Shown here in pieces: positions 29,201 to 44,200 of a DNA stretch of 64,000 nt. The stretch spans positions 2,232,001 to 2,296,000 of the forward strand of contig OZ004607.1 in assembly GCA_963924565.1 (NCBI GenBank). The letters are read 5' to 3'. The stretch's first letter is position 1. Every line of letters starts with the position of its first letter. The notes beneath the pieces were generated by a model. That model had not been told where the DNA came from. It saw nothing but the letters and a program-made list of their open reading frames with translations, and made no database searches. The stretch is from Ascidiella aspersa. Its lineage: Eukaryota. Position numbers and translations under genes: made by a program.

Positions 29201-32200
29201 AAATAAGCTCGTCTGCTCCTGTGCGAAATATTCAAGTTGTTACTTTTAACAGAAGGCTACTATGGGCCTGTTTATGTTGCAAAGCGTCCTATTTCAACTG
29301 CGGAGTTTGTGTTTAAGTTGATATAAAGGCTCCTGGTTAAATATCTCGATTTTGACCCCATCAAAGTTGTTTATGTAAGCTGAACTAGGCCTTAAAGTTT
29401 AATTAAGGGCTCTTGGTTAAAACGTCTCAATTCCTTATGTAAATTCGCTTCTGAAAAGGTTCTGCTTTAAAAACTTCACCGGGTTGTTCACAATATGGCT
29501 TGTTTACATGCATTCAATAATGTATAAAGTTTATCTAAAGGATTTTGGCTAAAATATCTCTACTAATCACAGACAGCCGTTGTTTACATATATATGATAA
29601 CAATTGTGACTGTTTTTGCTATGGTGTGTGTATGTGTATATATGTATGATGGTGTCGCGTTATTTGAGTTGTGTCGACTCGCCCATTCATTCTTACAAAG
29701 CGCCAGCTGTGTGTGACATCACAGAGGCTCTGTGTTACGACAAAGTCGCGCCTTCATCATCGCCAGCCTCTCTTATTACGTGACAATCGAAGTCGCTCGT
29801 AATCCAGAAGACCCATTGTTTCCGTCACAATTCCAAGCGTTTGTCTACCAAATCGACGCGTGGGGGAGGGGGCCGCCAGGTGCGCTTCTACTATGACGTC
29901 ACAAGCAGTGTCACGCGTCAGTGCATTTTAGCAATCACGTGACATCAGAGTAAGCGTGTCGAAATTCCTGTCGAGACGCGAGATGCCGCATTGTTGCTTT
30001 TGCGGGCGGCTAGTAGGCTTTGTAATAGAGGGGTTATGACGTCAACCCCCTTGCTACGTCACGACGTTTTGTCTCGTCAAGTGGATTCGGAACATCGGCG
30101 AATTGGTTTCGGTCTTATGACTAAGTTGGCATAGATTTCGGCATTTTTCGCATGGTTATGAATACATTTTTAAAGAAAACTGAGATTTTAAAATTTCTAA
30201 AAAAAATTGAAAGTTTACAAGACTGTTAAAAAAAAACTAAATTGTTGCGTTACCAGTAAGATTTATCCGGCAACATTGTGTCACTTTTCATCGATTTCCC
30301 TCAAAAGCCGAGCTTTTGCCTCGTGACGCATAACTCATGTGGTCGTAATGCACAAGGGTATTACCCGGGCACACAGTGCTGTCGATTGTATTTCAGGGGC
30401 CATTACCGGATTATCTCGTGTAAGGGGACTCGGGAAAGTCGGACAAAAATGAAAGGAACTTTTATCTGACCAGAGTCGATAACTCTATGTTCCAGTTCCA
30501 TTTTTGTCCCGTAATTGCAACTGTGTTGTGTTGTGTTGTGTTACGTCATAGTGATCTCATAGTGGCCTGTGTTATGTAACAAGTGGATCAGGTTTACGTT
30601 TCAACTTCAATGAGCAGATAAATGTTGCATTCCTTTTTGGTTTTGAAGTGATTTATCTGTTTATACGTTTCACGATATCAGTTTGTAAATATTATTGGCA
30701 TTAATCCTACTTTGATGGCGAAGTGTTGAAAGCAGACAAATCTTTTTCATTCCAGTCGAATGTCTGTTGTTGCAATACCACGAGTCAACTTACAAAGCCG
30801 ACCGACTCAGTTCTGTCCACACCTTTGGACAAACCCTTGCAATAATTGACGACGATATGGGATTAATCGCTAATCCAGACCACTGGCGTCCTCTCTTGGT
30901 CTGCAATCTGTCACTCTCGCTCTATGTTTAAACCCCGCCTCTGGCCAACGCCCTTGTTTTCGAGAGATTTAACCAAGCCTTGTAACTAACCCCGCTACTG
31001 GTTTGACGATTAACAGACCCAAGGTTGAGATTACGCACTCTATCTTTACGTTTTTCAAGTTTGGAGAATCGCAGTTCTGTCTCTCTGATTGCTTTCTGAT
31101 CAGTCATGCTTGTTGTTTCGGGTTTTCGAGGATTGATTGAATATCGCGCAAAATATATGCTGAAAAATATTCGGTACCACCCCTGTACATTATACAGTAG
31201 TTGACATATAGAACAAATAATCTTTGTTCACACGTTAAAAAAAGTGGAACAAAGCGACATTTTACCTGCATATATCAGATGATGTGTTTGCTACAAATAA
31301 ATAAAATAAGGGATCTTGATTTAGTTGTAAAAACAAAGATGAATAAAAATGTCACATAAATTTATTTGTTTCATAATGATGTTACAGACTTTTCAAAATT
31401 AAACTAGAATTTTTTAGCGAGCCTTAAGAATAAATAGTTTCACCTCTCTAATTTTCTTCGACCTTTTCTAACAATTTCAAGCAGCTACTAATTCGGCGCC
31501 AAGCAGTTGTGCGTGGCAAGCTTGCCATGCTTGTTGCAAGAGCCAACCAACACAAGTAAAGTACAAGGATGCCACCCACGACCGACAATATCGTTGCCGT
31601 GTTTATGAAAACAAATACACTAGCAGTGCAAATCGGTTTAATGTCGGCACTTGCGTTACCTGGCAAAGATTTGCAACGAATATTTGCTTTTCTCCGTCTT
31701 CTAAACTATCTCAGGAAGGTTCACCTCGCTTAGCAATGACCAAATATGGCGTCCGATTTATTTTCCTGCAACGCGAAGTGGCCTGTTTTTTGTTCAACCT
31801 ATTGACCGCTCGTTGCAGCTAATTTCGGCATGCGTGTGCACTCGGGCGTGACTGTTCCGAGCGGATTATGTCGTCACAGTTGTATTTACCCACCGTGTTC
31901 CGGTCGACTGAACGCGCTTTGATCACGGCCGAGATTAGTTCGGAGAAGTTAAGGCTTTGTTTTTTGTGTTCTCCCACAAGTTGCCCTGCGCCAATTTGAG
32001 TGAAAATGTTCAAATGTATAGGCTCGAAAAGGCTGCTATTGTTTTTGCGAAAAAAAACAACTGAATTTTTATTTCGGAAAAAAGAACTTACGAGTTATAA
32101 ATAGTTCAAACAATACGATTTAAAGGCCTGGTCGTATTTTGGTTAGAAAATAAATATTAAATTTTGTTTTTTTAAAACAAAACGATTGGTTTTGCCCCCG

Positions 32201-35200
32201 AAAATTCTTAAACCTTAAATCCTTATTTTCTCACAATTCCTTCACATTTTGTTTACAACCGAAAAAAAATGACACTAAAACAACATCTGCAAAACTTGAA
32301 TTGTCGCCAAACCGCCTCATCGACGTTTTAGGCGCGGCTCAAAGTGACGTCACAATTCCAGTTTAACCGGCGCAATTGCGTACCCGGCATTGTAAGTCGG
32401 GGGTAATTCGGTGACATGCAAGGCAGGCAAGGGAGACCTTGGGTAATTTGAAGATAATTTGACCAATCTGTCCCTGTGCGTGACCGCATCACTGTGACCT
32501 GAATGTATCGTGTTCATGGCATTGCATCACTTGCCGCTTTGGTCGCTCTTCTATTTGTATCCCTTAGCGTATAGTAGTAGCGGTTGTTGGTAGCTGAAAC
32601 TAAGTCTATCGGGCTCATGTTCGCGCAATTAAGGTTTAATGTTGTAGTTTAAGATTTAATGCAATTTGTTTTCTTGCGGGCTTTTGAGTTCATAGACCAG
32701 GTTTACGAGCGTGATTTTTCATATTCAAGTTCAAATTTTTGTGCGCTTTTTAGGTTTAGTACAGAAACCATCATACATTGATCAACTTTGCTTAATGTGG
32801 TTTTATTTTTAAACCTCATCGACTTGCGTGTATCTTTTATTTGTCTGTCGTTTCTGGATTTTTTTGAAACGGTTAACCTATAAAGTGTATATACTAAAAG
32901 CTATCGCACATATATCAATAATGCCAACAGCCATCTTAGTCACCTATGGCCATGTATACCAAACTAGTCGATCTCTTAAGCGCTTATCGAATTTGTGTAA
33001 GCTACTTGCATCTCTGTCAGAAAACGCTAAAACGCTGTTCTAAAGAATTGTTTAAATTTTTTGAACATGTAATGTGAATAAATATGTGCGGTGTCTGAAG
33101 TGCTTCATTTTGGCCTAAACCTTTTGGATTGTTTGCCTTTTCGCGCCTTTTTGCAAACTGCTGACTCACCGCGGCAGCGTTTTGGCGCCAAACGTAAACC
33201 ACGTCACAAACGCTCTTCCTATAAGTTTGCTTGTGACGTCACAATAGCCACGGAAGTTCACGACTAAATGCCGGAGCCGTCGCCCTGGCAACGCAAAAAC
33301 AAACACGCGCGCACTGAAGCGTGAAGCTTGGTTGCTGAGTGGAGCTGAAGGTTGATAGACGAAAGAAAAGTGTTTTGTCTGCGAAATGTGAAAGTTTGTT
33401 TGGAATTTCTGTTGCGCATTTGCAACAACTGGCGTGAAATGGCCGACTTTGTGGTTGATTCTCGCCGAGTGCTTCCAAAAATAGATGTCATCGGCGAAGT
33501 TTTTACCGATTCTGTCAATGACACAGTATAAAAATCAAATGACTTTATCATAAGAAGGTGGGGAAATTATAACTTAGTTTTATTTGAGAAATAAAATCTT
33601 TTAAAAATAATTAAACTTCTCGACTAAATTCATCACCGACAATAAAATGATGAAATTGTTCTTAATTGGCCCAAACGTTCTGCGTTTCTACTCTTTTTTT
33701 GAGAAAAAATCGACTGATTTTTAAGAAAGTGAAAATTTAAGAACATTTATTTAAAAAAATAATCTATCGGAAAAAATATCACTCAAAAAAACTGATGAAA
33801 TCGATTTTTGTCTTTAATCTGACTACACTTGACGCCATACTGGCCAACATTGGTTAGACCTAAACCCAGCAATTGTTGACCCACAGTTTTCACAATTAAT
33901 CTTCTTTCAATTGACCGTAACGTTCCTAACCCTGCTCAAATCATATCCACTTCAGGGGAGTGTCAAAACACCCTTTTACCCCTCACAACCCCAACAATGA
34001 AGCCCTCAGCCCCTCTCCTGTCACAACTATCGAGATTAATCGGTTGACCCTTGACCTCCGTGAGGAAACGCTCGTCTCATCCACTCGAAACGATACTTCC
34101 GAGTCATCCGATAAATCGTGCCTTACTGAAATAAAACCCGCGGTTAAAGAGGCGAGATTGATGGTGTTTTGCCATTCTTGGATAAGCTGTCCACTTCTTC
34201 TTTCGTGTTAGATGTTTTCTGTAGCTTGTTGAAGCAAATTGATGGGCACACAGCCTTGTAAAGCAATTTAACAATGCCTATAGAATAATTTTATCTTGTG
34301 GTACAACAAATGCAGGAATAATGCCGCAAATGTTCAATGTAATAAAAGTTGAAGCATTATATAATTATGCTTACCTATGTTTTAAACAAGGTATTAAAGC
34401 AGGGCACAGTAAAATTTGAAATGGAGTTTATTCCTGTTTTTAAAAAGGCAAAATATTTTACAGCAATAGAACATTGTAAGCAGACTTACACGAAATCTCC
34501 AGCGAACTGTCGACATTTGTTTTTTCGGTTTTTCAGTATTTCGTCATTTATTGACTCTTTTAGATATCACTCATAGCACAGCACCTATTTTATTCGCATT
34601 AGCTCCCAGTTATTACGTCATACTCGGGCAATATTCACAGAAATCGAGTCAAATTTTCCCACTTTAACTCCCTTTGTCATTTCGAACGAGTTACAAAGCA
34701 CAATAATTGCGATTTCGTGACGCATTCGCGCTCTTTCAACCTTCTATTACGAAGCGTTCAAATGTGAAAAGTGAAATAACAAGATTAAATCACTTTGCAG
34801 TGTTGTGCTTGTGTGACTCTTATGGAAAACAATCGCTGTTTTAAGGTTGCGAATACATCTAAAGCTATCGTGAAAGTGTTTAACGCAATGTTTCGTACAC
34901 TTACGGAGTAAGAATATACAGAAGTAGGTATCATTTTAAACGTTTCGAATAACTTTTTATTCATTTTCATCATAGTACGTTAAACATGAATAAAGCGATA
35001 TTGAAAACGTTCAAAATTCTACCTACAGCTGTATGGGCTTTCATAGTATTACTTAGTCTTACTACAACCTTCAGCCATTATATATGCTCCAAAGTTTTAC
35101 TTAGACATTGATATTGGTGCAAATTTAACCACTATAAGAATGTCCAATTAACGTTAAAGGGTGGGTTTTAAAACAAAATGACGTCATGCATTATTATTTC

Positions 35201-38200
35201 GTCACAAAGAGCACAGGAATGCAGCGATGCAAGGAAACGTCGTTCCCATAGCATTCCAACCCTGAGCACACTTCAGTTAATTACAACCCACTTGTAGCGC
35301 ACCTTTGTAAACCGATCGCGCTTTGCAGTTGTTCGCACACAATCGGTTTCCCATACTTGGAGGTTCTATGACGTCACAGAAGGCCCGGCGAGCAATTCGC
35401 GATTCCCGATTGTCGCTGGTTCGAAAGCGATCGGGAGCAATAGAGGGGCCGTTGTGACGTAATAGGTGACGCCTTTGCAACACCTGCTCGGATTTGTCAG
35501 CGGGGACATTGGATTCAAAATTGTTGGTTTTCTTTAAAGAAAAATACAAAAAAATGCGAGATTGTTTGACATGGACCGACATATGTTTACATATAGGTGT
35601 TTTTTAGCAAAAGTTATATTGTTTTTATTTTTCTGCGGTAGAATTTGACTTGTAACTTGTTTTACTAAAACACTTCAATCTGTGGTTTATTAGCCAAATC
35701 CCAGCCCTGTGTAAACTACTCAGACCCTTGTACGAGCAACAGTAGCTTTGTCGTGTTTTTCTTTGAAGCTGCACCCGGTTTTTAGTCTTATCTTGCTAAC
35801 CCTTCACGCACACTTCCCAAAAAGCTCATTATTCTTGGGTTTCGCCCTTCTGCAAACTGCCCCTGTCCATCGAGCGCTCTACAGAGCTGTTTGACCAGCA
35901 CAAAAGCTCTTACTGCTGTATCTTGCAACTGAATCGCTTTAACATGTTGTTGGCTTGAGTTATTTTTAGACGCGACCGCTTTTCAACTGAATTCCGGTCA
36001 TATTCCTTATCCGCTATTTTTTACGGTTTCTTTTTAAAAATGAAACGTCTATTTTATAAACTGTCTAAAACTTGCAAATATTGTTTTTAAGTCCTGATAT
36101 CAATAAAGTTTCAATAGTTCGTATTAGCTACAGTTTAAATATAAAAAGGCAGTATTTTGTTGAATATTAAAGTGCCAAATTTTTATTGTTGTTTGTTTTT
36201 TAAATTTAACCGAAAAAATCTGTATTGTTAAACAAGTTGTTAAAATGTTGGGCCTTTTTGCAGCTTTAAATAACAGTTATACATTCTTGCAACTTGATTT
36301 AGAAAAAGTTTTATTTTATAAGAATGCAAGGTTTCGTTCCTAAACCCTGCAAACTCTGGCATTTTTCCAATCGAAAAAAATACCGGGGCTAGAACTGTTT
36401 ACCTATTTTGTTTGACCCCTCTAGGGTTACCCAAGGTACCCCATTCACCCCACTAAGCAGCCCCACTTATTTCACTTGAAAGAAAACGCGAGCCACGCCC
36501 CTCGCTAAGCTCATTAGCCAATTATCCTGTTGTTATGGCAACGCAACGCCGCACAAACCTGACGTTTTTTGTTTGACCTGTTTTTTACGGCTAGCCGTTT
36601 CACAAAGTTTCGTGCGCATTAAAAAAAATACAGATACAGCCAAGACCGTTTTTTAGCCAAAAAATTAAGGTTTTTTTTAATGTATTATGAAATTTGTGAT
36701 CGGCTTGACATTATATTTTCAATTTTTTAACTAGTATTATATTTCTCTTTGTGTTGACAGATGTTTGTATAAATACGAAATTTCCAATACTGAATACCTT
36801 TGTTTTGTTAGACCTCTTTAAACATTTTAATATGAATCGATTATGAGGCTTTATGAGGGCAGTTACCAACTACTAAGTTAACTGATACCAATTGCTAATG
36901 ATGACAAAACAGCGTTTTTGATGCTAATTTGATCTTGCATTTTCAGAAATTCTCTATGCGCATGCAAGTTTTTTGGCTACATTTAGGCATTCAGTAGCAA
37001 TAAAAGTTCCTAAAGTGAAAAATGGAGAAAAAAAGCTAAGCACAACTCACAAAAAAATGCTAAGCACAACTCACTCACTCCCCATAAACCACAACCTACC
37101 GACAGATTTGAACCAGTTTACCGCGCGCATTGTCAGCTACGCTTATTCAGTTCGTTTTCATGTTGATTCCAGCGTACAGTTATCCCACACAATTAGTGAA
37201 AGCTACGAAAAGCGGTTTACATCAGCCGCATCAAGTTTCACAGTTCTTAGGCCAAACCCAGATATTCTACACTCGCCAGCAACCTTAACCATTGGGCCAC
37301 CGCGTAGGGGAATCAATGGCTTCTTTGTACCGCAGAGGGGCGTTGGTCGTTGCCCCCCAAAGCCGCCACAACACTTGTGATGTAACAGTTGCGATTGTTG
37401 ACGAAACTTTCACTCGTTTGTGTCGTCACGGAGGTTGCATTTTGCCGAGTCGTACAGCTTGCAGGGGGGTTGCTGATTAAAGGGTTTTTTTCATGGGTTG
37501 GGGTTCGCCAATTTTTTTAGGAGAAGTGTTTGTTCTTACTTGTTTACTTTTAGGTGTGAGATCGCAACTTTTTCGCAGAAATTTCGACTGAAATTTTCTT
37601 TTTTTTTCTTGTTTAGCTGGAAATGTATTTTCTCTTGAGCGTAGATTTACTTTTAAACATATATTTTCAACGTTTACCCAACATTGTGACGTCAAATTGT
37701 CAATTGGCTTTTTAGAATATCTACACAATGCCACCTAATAAAGCTTTGCTACGTATCAAATCATTTCGGCCTGAAGGCAAATTTTCTGTAGAAATCAAGT
37801 TTTTTATTTAATTTGACGCACCTTCCTAATAAGCATACTACTGTCAAAAGAGACATTGCATATTTTGCTGATGATAGCATATCAGTTAGTTAAAATGGTC
37901 AAATTCACTATTTAACCCAGCATTTCTCGTTTTTTAGCAACGAACAAATAAAAAAAAATAGGATTTAACTGTTCTTTAAACGGCCCAGAGCTTAATAATA
38001 CTAAAAATATGCTCTATGGATTGGAAAAAATCAGCAAAGTCTACTTTAAAAAATGTGTTTTTGCACTTTAGTACAGGATCGTAAACTAAAGCCATTTTCA
38101 CTTATTTGCTTGCTTGTTCATGAGCGTGTCTATTTCTGTCCAAACACACCCAAGTAATGTCACGAAAATCTGCTTCAAGTAAGAGCTTTGCACGAGATGT

Positions 38201-41200
38201 TTAACGCTGGTTTCCCAGGCTGGAAGGCGCTTATTTGCGGCCTAATTGTGGTCACACTTTGCAATTACAAAGTCGCTCTATTTTAACCGAGTTTGGTTCT
38301 AAATGTACGGAAACAAGTGCAACTCTATCCTTGTGATTTGTTAAGGTTGGCTTTACGCGCTTTGAACAACCTAATTTGTTGTGAGAAGTTCTTCACTGAG
38401 TCTAAAAACAGATTTTCGAGTCGCTTTTGTCGCAGTTTGTTTTTCAACATTGCGTTTCGGCGCCTAATTGATTCGCAAAGCGATTGTGCGATATTATCGC
38501 AATAATGTGCGGACAAGTGGGCCATTGTCACGCGTAACAAAGCCCCTCTGTTATTTGCCACTGTCCTGTTTACTTTCGAAAGTCCGAAGCAACAAATGCG
38601 CGCCAAAAACAGGCTGCATTCACACAACGGTTGGAGGCAGCGAAAACAAACGGTGCGCCGAATCGTGGTGAAAACAGGGGTGTAGTATAGCGGTGGTCGA
38701 TTATTTGACGCCGGAAGTTTAGTGTTTTGCTAGCGGCACGCGGCATACGCGATAAGGGCGCTGTTCGTGACAGAGCACAAAGCGACTTGCGAAAAATCGA
38801 CCCAGGATTTATATAAACAGGGAAGTTTAAACACGACACCCACTGTGACAAGCAGAGGTCAGATCAATAACAAGGCCACAAAGCTAGGAAACGGCGGGCC
38901 GACGTCACACTATGACGTCATAATGGGCGTCGCGCGACGTGGGAACTTTGCGGTGGTCTCGCGCCGACACGCGATGTGTTTTGGGAAGAAACAAGCGAAA
39001 AAACGCGGGCTTTTTGTGGTGTGATGTTAATGTGTCGGTTACAAACCTGACCTGGTTCCCAGATTGTTTGGTTGACCTCGTTTACAAAAAGAAAAAACCT
39101 CGATCCCATAATGAATTAAACCTGGCTTCCAAAACTATTCAGCCTGGCATCCAAAACTAATTCAACCTGGGCCCAAAACTATTCCACCTGGCACCCAAAA
39201 AACAATTTTCAACTGTCATACGTATAGACAGTATGACCCTTGCATAAAAATATATTCAGTAATCCAGAAATGTTTTACTTGTCAACCACAAGGAAAAGAT
39301 TAAAGCAAATGAACGAAAAATAGGAAGAAAGAAAAAAACTTCCGGTGTATATAAAAATATTGTCAGTATTTCACAGTTCACAGCATTCAAATAAAATGAC
39401 ATTTTATCAAGAGAAATTATTAGAAAAAACCTAACCAACGCTTTTCAACTTTTAGGAAATTTATTCGTGTTTTTCCGGTCGTTTGACTTTTACGCTTTGT
39501 CGCTGCTTCCTCTGATAAGACTGATAACTGCCGGGAATTCTTGCACGATTTTCTCCGCCCATTGTTTGTGACACGCGCGCCCATTGTCGCGTAATTAGGC
39601 GCCAGACTTTCTCCGCTAAGGATAAACTATTTAAAGCGCTTTAACGGTAAAAAATCGCTGCAATTAGATCATAACACCAAAGCTTGTTTACTTTTAACTT
39701 GGTTGGAACAATGATGTGTTGTTATGTCACAATACACCTTTCTTAGAAATTTTTTTTTACCGGTTCTGTTATGGTTTAAATCGTCCTAAGCTGACTTGAA
39801 ACGTTAAGTTTCAAAGTCAAGACTTTCAAGATTTGTTTTTTCGGCGAAACATAAATCGTGATTAAATCGATTACGTCATGTCTTGACGTCATTTCACACA
39901 TTCTTAGAGTTATTTTCAGTATTTAACGGATCTAGTGCTTTTAAGCTGTTTAATTTGCACCAAAGCTGATTTACCTTTTTGTGGAAACATCAGTAATGTT
40001 GTCCCCAGCTGTTAACAACAGCTCACCTTACTATGTTAATATAAAACTCCTGTAAGATAAACAGATCGAATGAATGGGCATAAGAAGGTGTTAAGCTAAC
40101 CATTTGATTACATTTCCACTTTCATTTGAATTTTTCATATGACAGCAACTTCCAGCCAAACGTCTCAAATATACAGGCTATTAAACTAAAAGGACTGAAT
40201 CTTAACGTCTTCGTTTCTTATTTGACAGAAACTACGTATACATGATCAACGCAAGCTCAACAGGGTCGGGAGAAATCAGCTACATCAGAAAACTAAGATG
40301 GAAGTCACACGACAACATCCGAAAGAGCTGCATCCAGATGAGAAACGAACCGGTTAGTAGTAGAAGTTGTTGTTGTGAGTTTTTGTCCGCAGTTTAAAAC
40401 CTTTGGTTTTTTTGCTCGTTTTATGGCTGTTTTAGTGCCCTTTTATGGGACACGATCACATTAATCTTAATCTGGGAAAAAAGTCCAATATTATGTAGAA
40501 AAGCAAAACACAATAATGTTGAATTCAAATTACTAACCGCGTGGTCAGGTTTTGATGTTTGTCGATGTTTTTAAGCTTTTAGCGACTTTTTGCATTATAA
40601 TTGGTCATATAGCAGAGCTGAGTTGTTACGAATTAAAGTAACATTTTCTTGTTTGTACGAATTCCGCAAAGTTTGTCGTATGATAAAAAAGCACGTTTAA
40701 GGTTTTTAGTGTGTTGTGTTGTATTTCTGGTAATAGTTGAACGTTTTCCACCAAAATAAGATTTTATATTGTTGTACCTAAAAGTAAGGCTTATTAATTC
40801 TTTATCAAATCCTAACGATAAAGTCTGACCGAATATTGTAATAAATCCAAATCGCTTAAAACCCATCTCAACTGCGCTTTCGATTTCAAAAGTCAACAAC
40901 TCCGATCACGGTTCACTGAGCGCACATCAATAGGACCCTCACGTTTGATGGTCACTTTCCGGTTGGCTTTAATCACAAATTACGTCAGGCTCTGAAGTCG
41001 ATTTCCGAGTGTTTTCAACATTGGTTTAGACGCATGGGCGGCTATTTTAAGGTGTCATTGCTGGCAATTGTAAGATATACTGGCCTTAGTATAATTTCAA
41101 AATACCTAGAGTTGGTATTGTCACATAAACTTTTAGCAAAACTTATTCTATTGATATCCAATATTGTGTGTAAAATTTAGATATCTATGCTTTTCGGTAG

Positions 41201-44200
41201 CGTTAAGGTTTTTATGTATTTTATTTTTTTAGTCCAACTGCAATAACTACATTCGTATCGTGGAAATATTGGACAACGGCAAGCTTTACATTTGCGGGAC
41301 GAACGCCTACAACCCGAAGTGCAGATTGTACCTGGTAAGATTTGCAAAATAATACGGTTTTCTAAACTTTTTTTCAGAAGGTTATGAATTACTTCGAATT
41401 CACATGATTTAAATGTTGATTTGGGTTGAAAACGTCAATTACAGCTAGTTAAAAAATATAAAAAAAACAACCTAGATTTCCTAAAATGAATATTGCCAAA
41501 CTAACTAAAAATAACTAATAAACCTATGCTTTGGTTTGCAAAAATTACAAAACCATTGTACTCTTACACTCACAGTTATTTTTGTTTTAATTTTACCACT
41601 TTGCTTCAAATCCGTTTTAAGCCAGATAATTTATTTTATTTTATAGCGCCACCAGCTGGAATCGGGTCCAGGTCCGGACAGCTCACTGGCCGACACCCCC
41701 TTTGTAGGTGAAAGGTCATGCGAGGATACATGTGGGTGTCCCAGGATTCCAACGACAAGCAGCGCCCATCTTTACACCAACACGTGTAAGTGGAGGAAGG
41801 TTGCGATTTATAACGTTTAAGCTTCGTATGTGTTTCCACAACAGAATCTTGCCCTCCAACAGAACACGTAATACGCACGATAAAAGTCCCTGATTTTTTT
41901 TTAACTTAAAAAGCGCACCGCTTCGAACAACAAAGCTGATATTTGTAGCGGTGCGCTCTCCTAAGTTATAACTATCGTTTAAGTTTAAGCTTATGCCCTG
42001 GCACTATTTGAATGGCTTGTAGTTAACCATTTGGCAAATTTTATCCGACAACCGTGTAAAAATGTCAAATTCTGTTTGAGTCAAGGTAAAATTTGGACAA
42101 TTTTTTAAATCTCTTTCGGTGAAAACATATATACGCGTAAGGCAAAATACTGGGCAAGGCTCGTATAAATTTTATTGCGCTCAACAAGGCGGTTTTACAC
42201 CTGGTTTACGTTGAAATTTTGCTCATCAGCGTATCGACTGTGAACGCCCCTGCTTATAAAATCGAAATTATTCCCGGTAAAGCCGTTCCTTCCCAACCAA
42301 AACCGCAGCCTCGACCGGCAACAGCTGTTGTCACATTGCGGCCAAACCACGGGCGGCATCTGCCTTGTGATCTTAGAGCGGATGCCTCATCCACCTTCGC
42401 ACATCGGGGACCGCAATTCCAATCGGCGGGAATTTGATGACACGTCGCCCGCAGAATTTCGCGACCTACCTCATCTAAATCGCCCGCTCCGTTGGCTTAA
42501 TTGACGCTGCGGGACATTATAGAGAGGTTTAGGAGCGCCCGCGGCCTAGTTTTACTCAATTCCGTTTAAGTCTTTAGTGGCTTTTTTGTGGAATTTTTTG
42601 CGCGATTTCTCGCGGTTACAAGTACGTCGAAATGACGCCTATTGAATTCTATTTATCAGCCAAGTCTAGTGAACGAAGTACATTTCTTTCTTTTCTTAAA
42701 GTTGGCTTAAAGTTAAAGTTTCTCGATGAAGTGTGCATGTCTTTAAGGTGCAACGTTTTGACCGCAAAAACGAGAAAGATCCTAAACGCAGCTTAACCCT
42801 CAAGTTTATTTCGGCTACTCTTATCGTCAACTTGGGCAAAAATTAGATTTTAGGAAATAACCAACTGTCGCTTCATAGTTTGCTCTGAAACATATTTGGG
42901 GACGAGACGTTTGGAGAAATGTGATAAACTTCTTCCTGAAAGTCTTGTCAAACCCTTAAACGCATCTTCACACACTTTATTTTATCGTCAACCACTCAAT
43001 TGCTCCTTTTATTCCACAGCTGCTGGATACCTCCTCTTCTCAGGAGTAACTCCCGATTATCTCGGCAAGAAGTCCTTCCTCATGAGATCAGTCGACTACC
43101 TTCAGAGCGTTGAGGGCGTTTTAAACAGTAAGTTAGCTTTTTTAATCTTGTTCAAGAGTCACGGAAAGCGTATGTATTGATCGATAAATTATTGCTTAAT
43201 ATTTTTTTTCATTTTCTACACGTTTAGCTAAAATCTCCAACTAGTATACTCAACAGTTGTGTTCGTTAAATATTTTTTTTTTCAAGTTTCTTGATAGAAA
43301 TTGAACCTAATTGTTTTAATCGTTTATAGTATGATAAAAATTCTGACAGATTTTTTAATAATTTCCCTTATTTTTTACTTTTAGCCCCAACCTTCATTAA
43401 ACTGATCGAATACGAAGACAAGGTTTATCTGTTCTTTCGTGAAACTGCTTCAAGAGTCGAGACTGGGACAGATTCACTGGTGAGTGGTCAACGTTATTTA
43501 AATAGGTTTTGTGTTAAAACTTTAAAGCTGAATGTTCAAACTTTGAAAAAAATCTCATTTCTTAAAGAAAAATTTACATACTTTATTATATTAGGCATAT
43601 CAAAATTGTTTCTGACAAGCTAACCGAAGTAGATCATTATATTTTGGTAAATTTTCTTGAAAAATGAAAGCGTTAAGAAGCTTCTTCCAATAAATTGTTA
43701 CCACCAAGCGACCAAAAATATATAATTATTATCTTACTCAATTTCTTCCGTAAAAAAAAAACGAACAAGCAATCTTAAGTTTTTTAACAAATTTGTTCCC
43801 ACCTTTTAAAAAAACGTGGAACGCATGCTGCTTTAAGCTCAGCTAGCCTAAAAACTTAAAAAATACAAAACTTGAAAAGTATTTCTACAATCACCATCTT
43901 TATACAACAATTACTTCTATGAAACTTAAAAAATATTTTTGCCATTGCTCTCTAGCGCTTCTACGCTCGCGTGGCTCAAGTGTGCAAGGATGACATGGGG
44001 GGAAACACCATACTCGAGAACAAGTGGACAACCTTCATCAAGGCTCGTTTGGAATGTTCGATCCCAGGTTCCCACTATACAGAGGGTTTCACCTTTAACA
44101 ACCTCACCTCGGTCAGCGATATCACACAAGTGCAGATGGCAGACGGAAGTTCAATGGATGTCGTGTTTGCAACATTCACAACACCTTGGTAAGTTTAGAT

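Noticed and set aside
16638-37875. Other CTGATGA occurrences (16638, 33792, 37868) as hammerheads
   Set aside because: None is followed by a paired stem II and GAAA.
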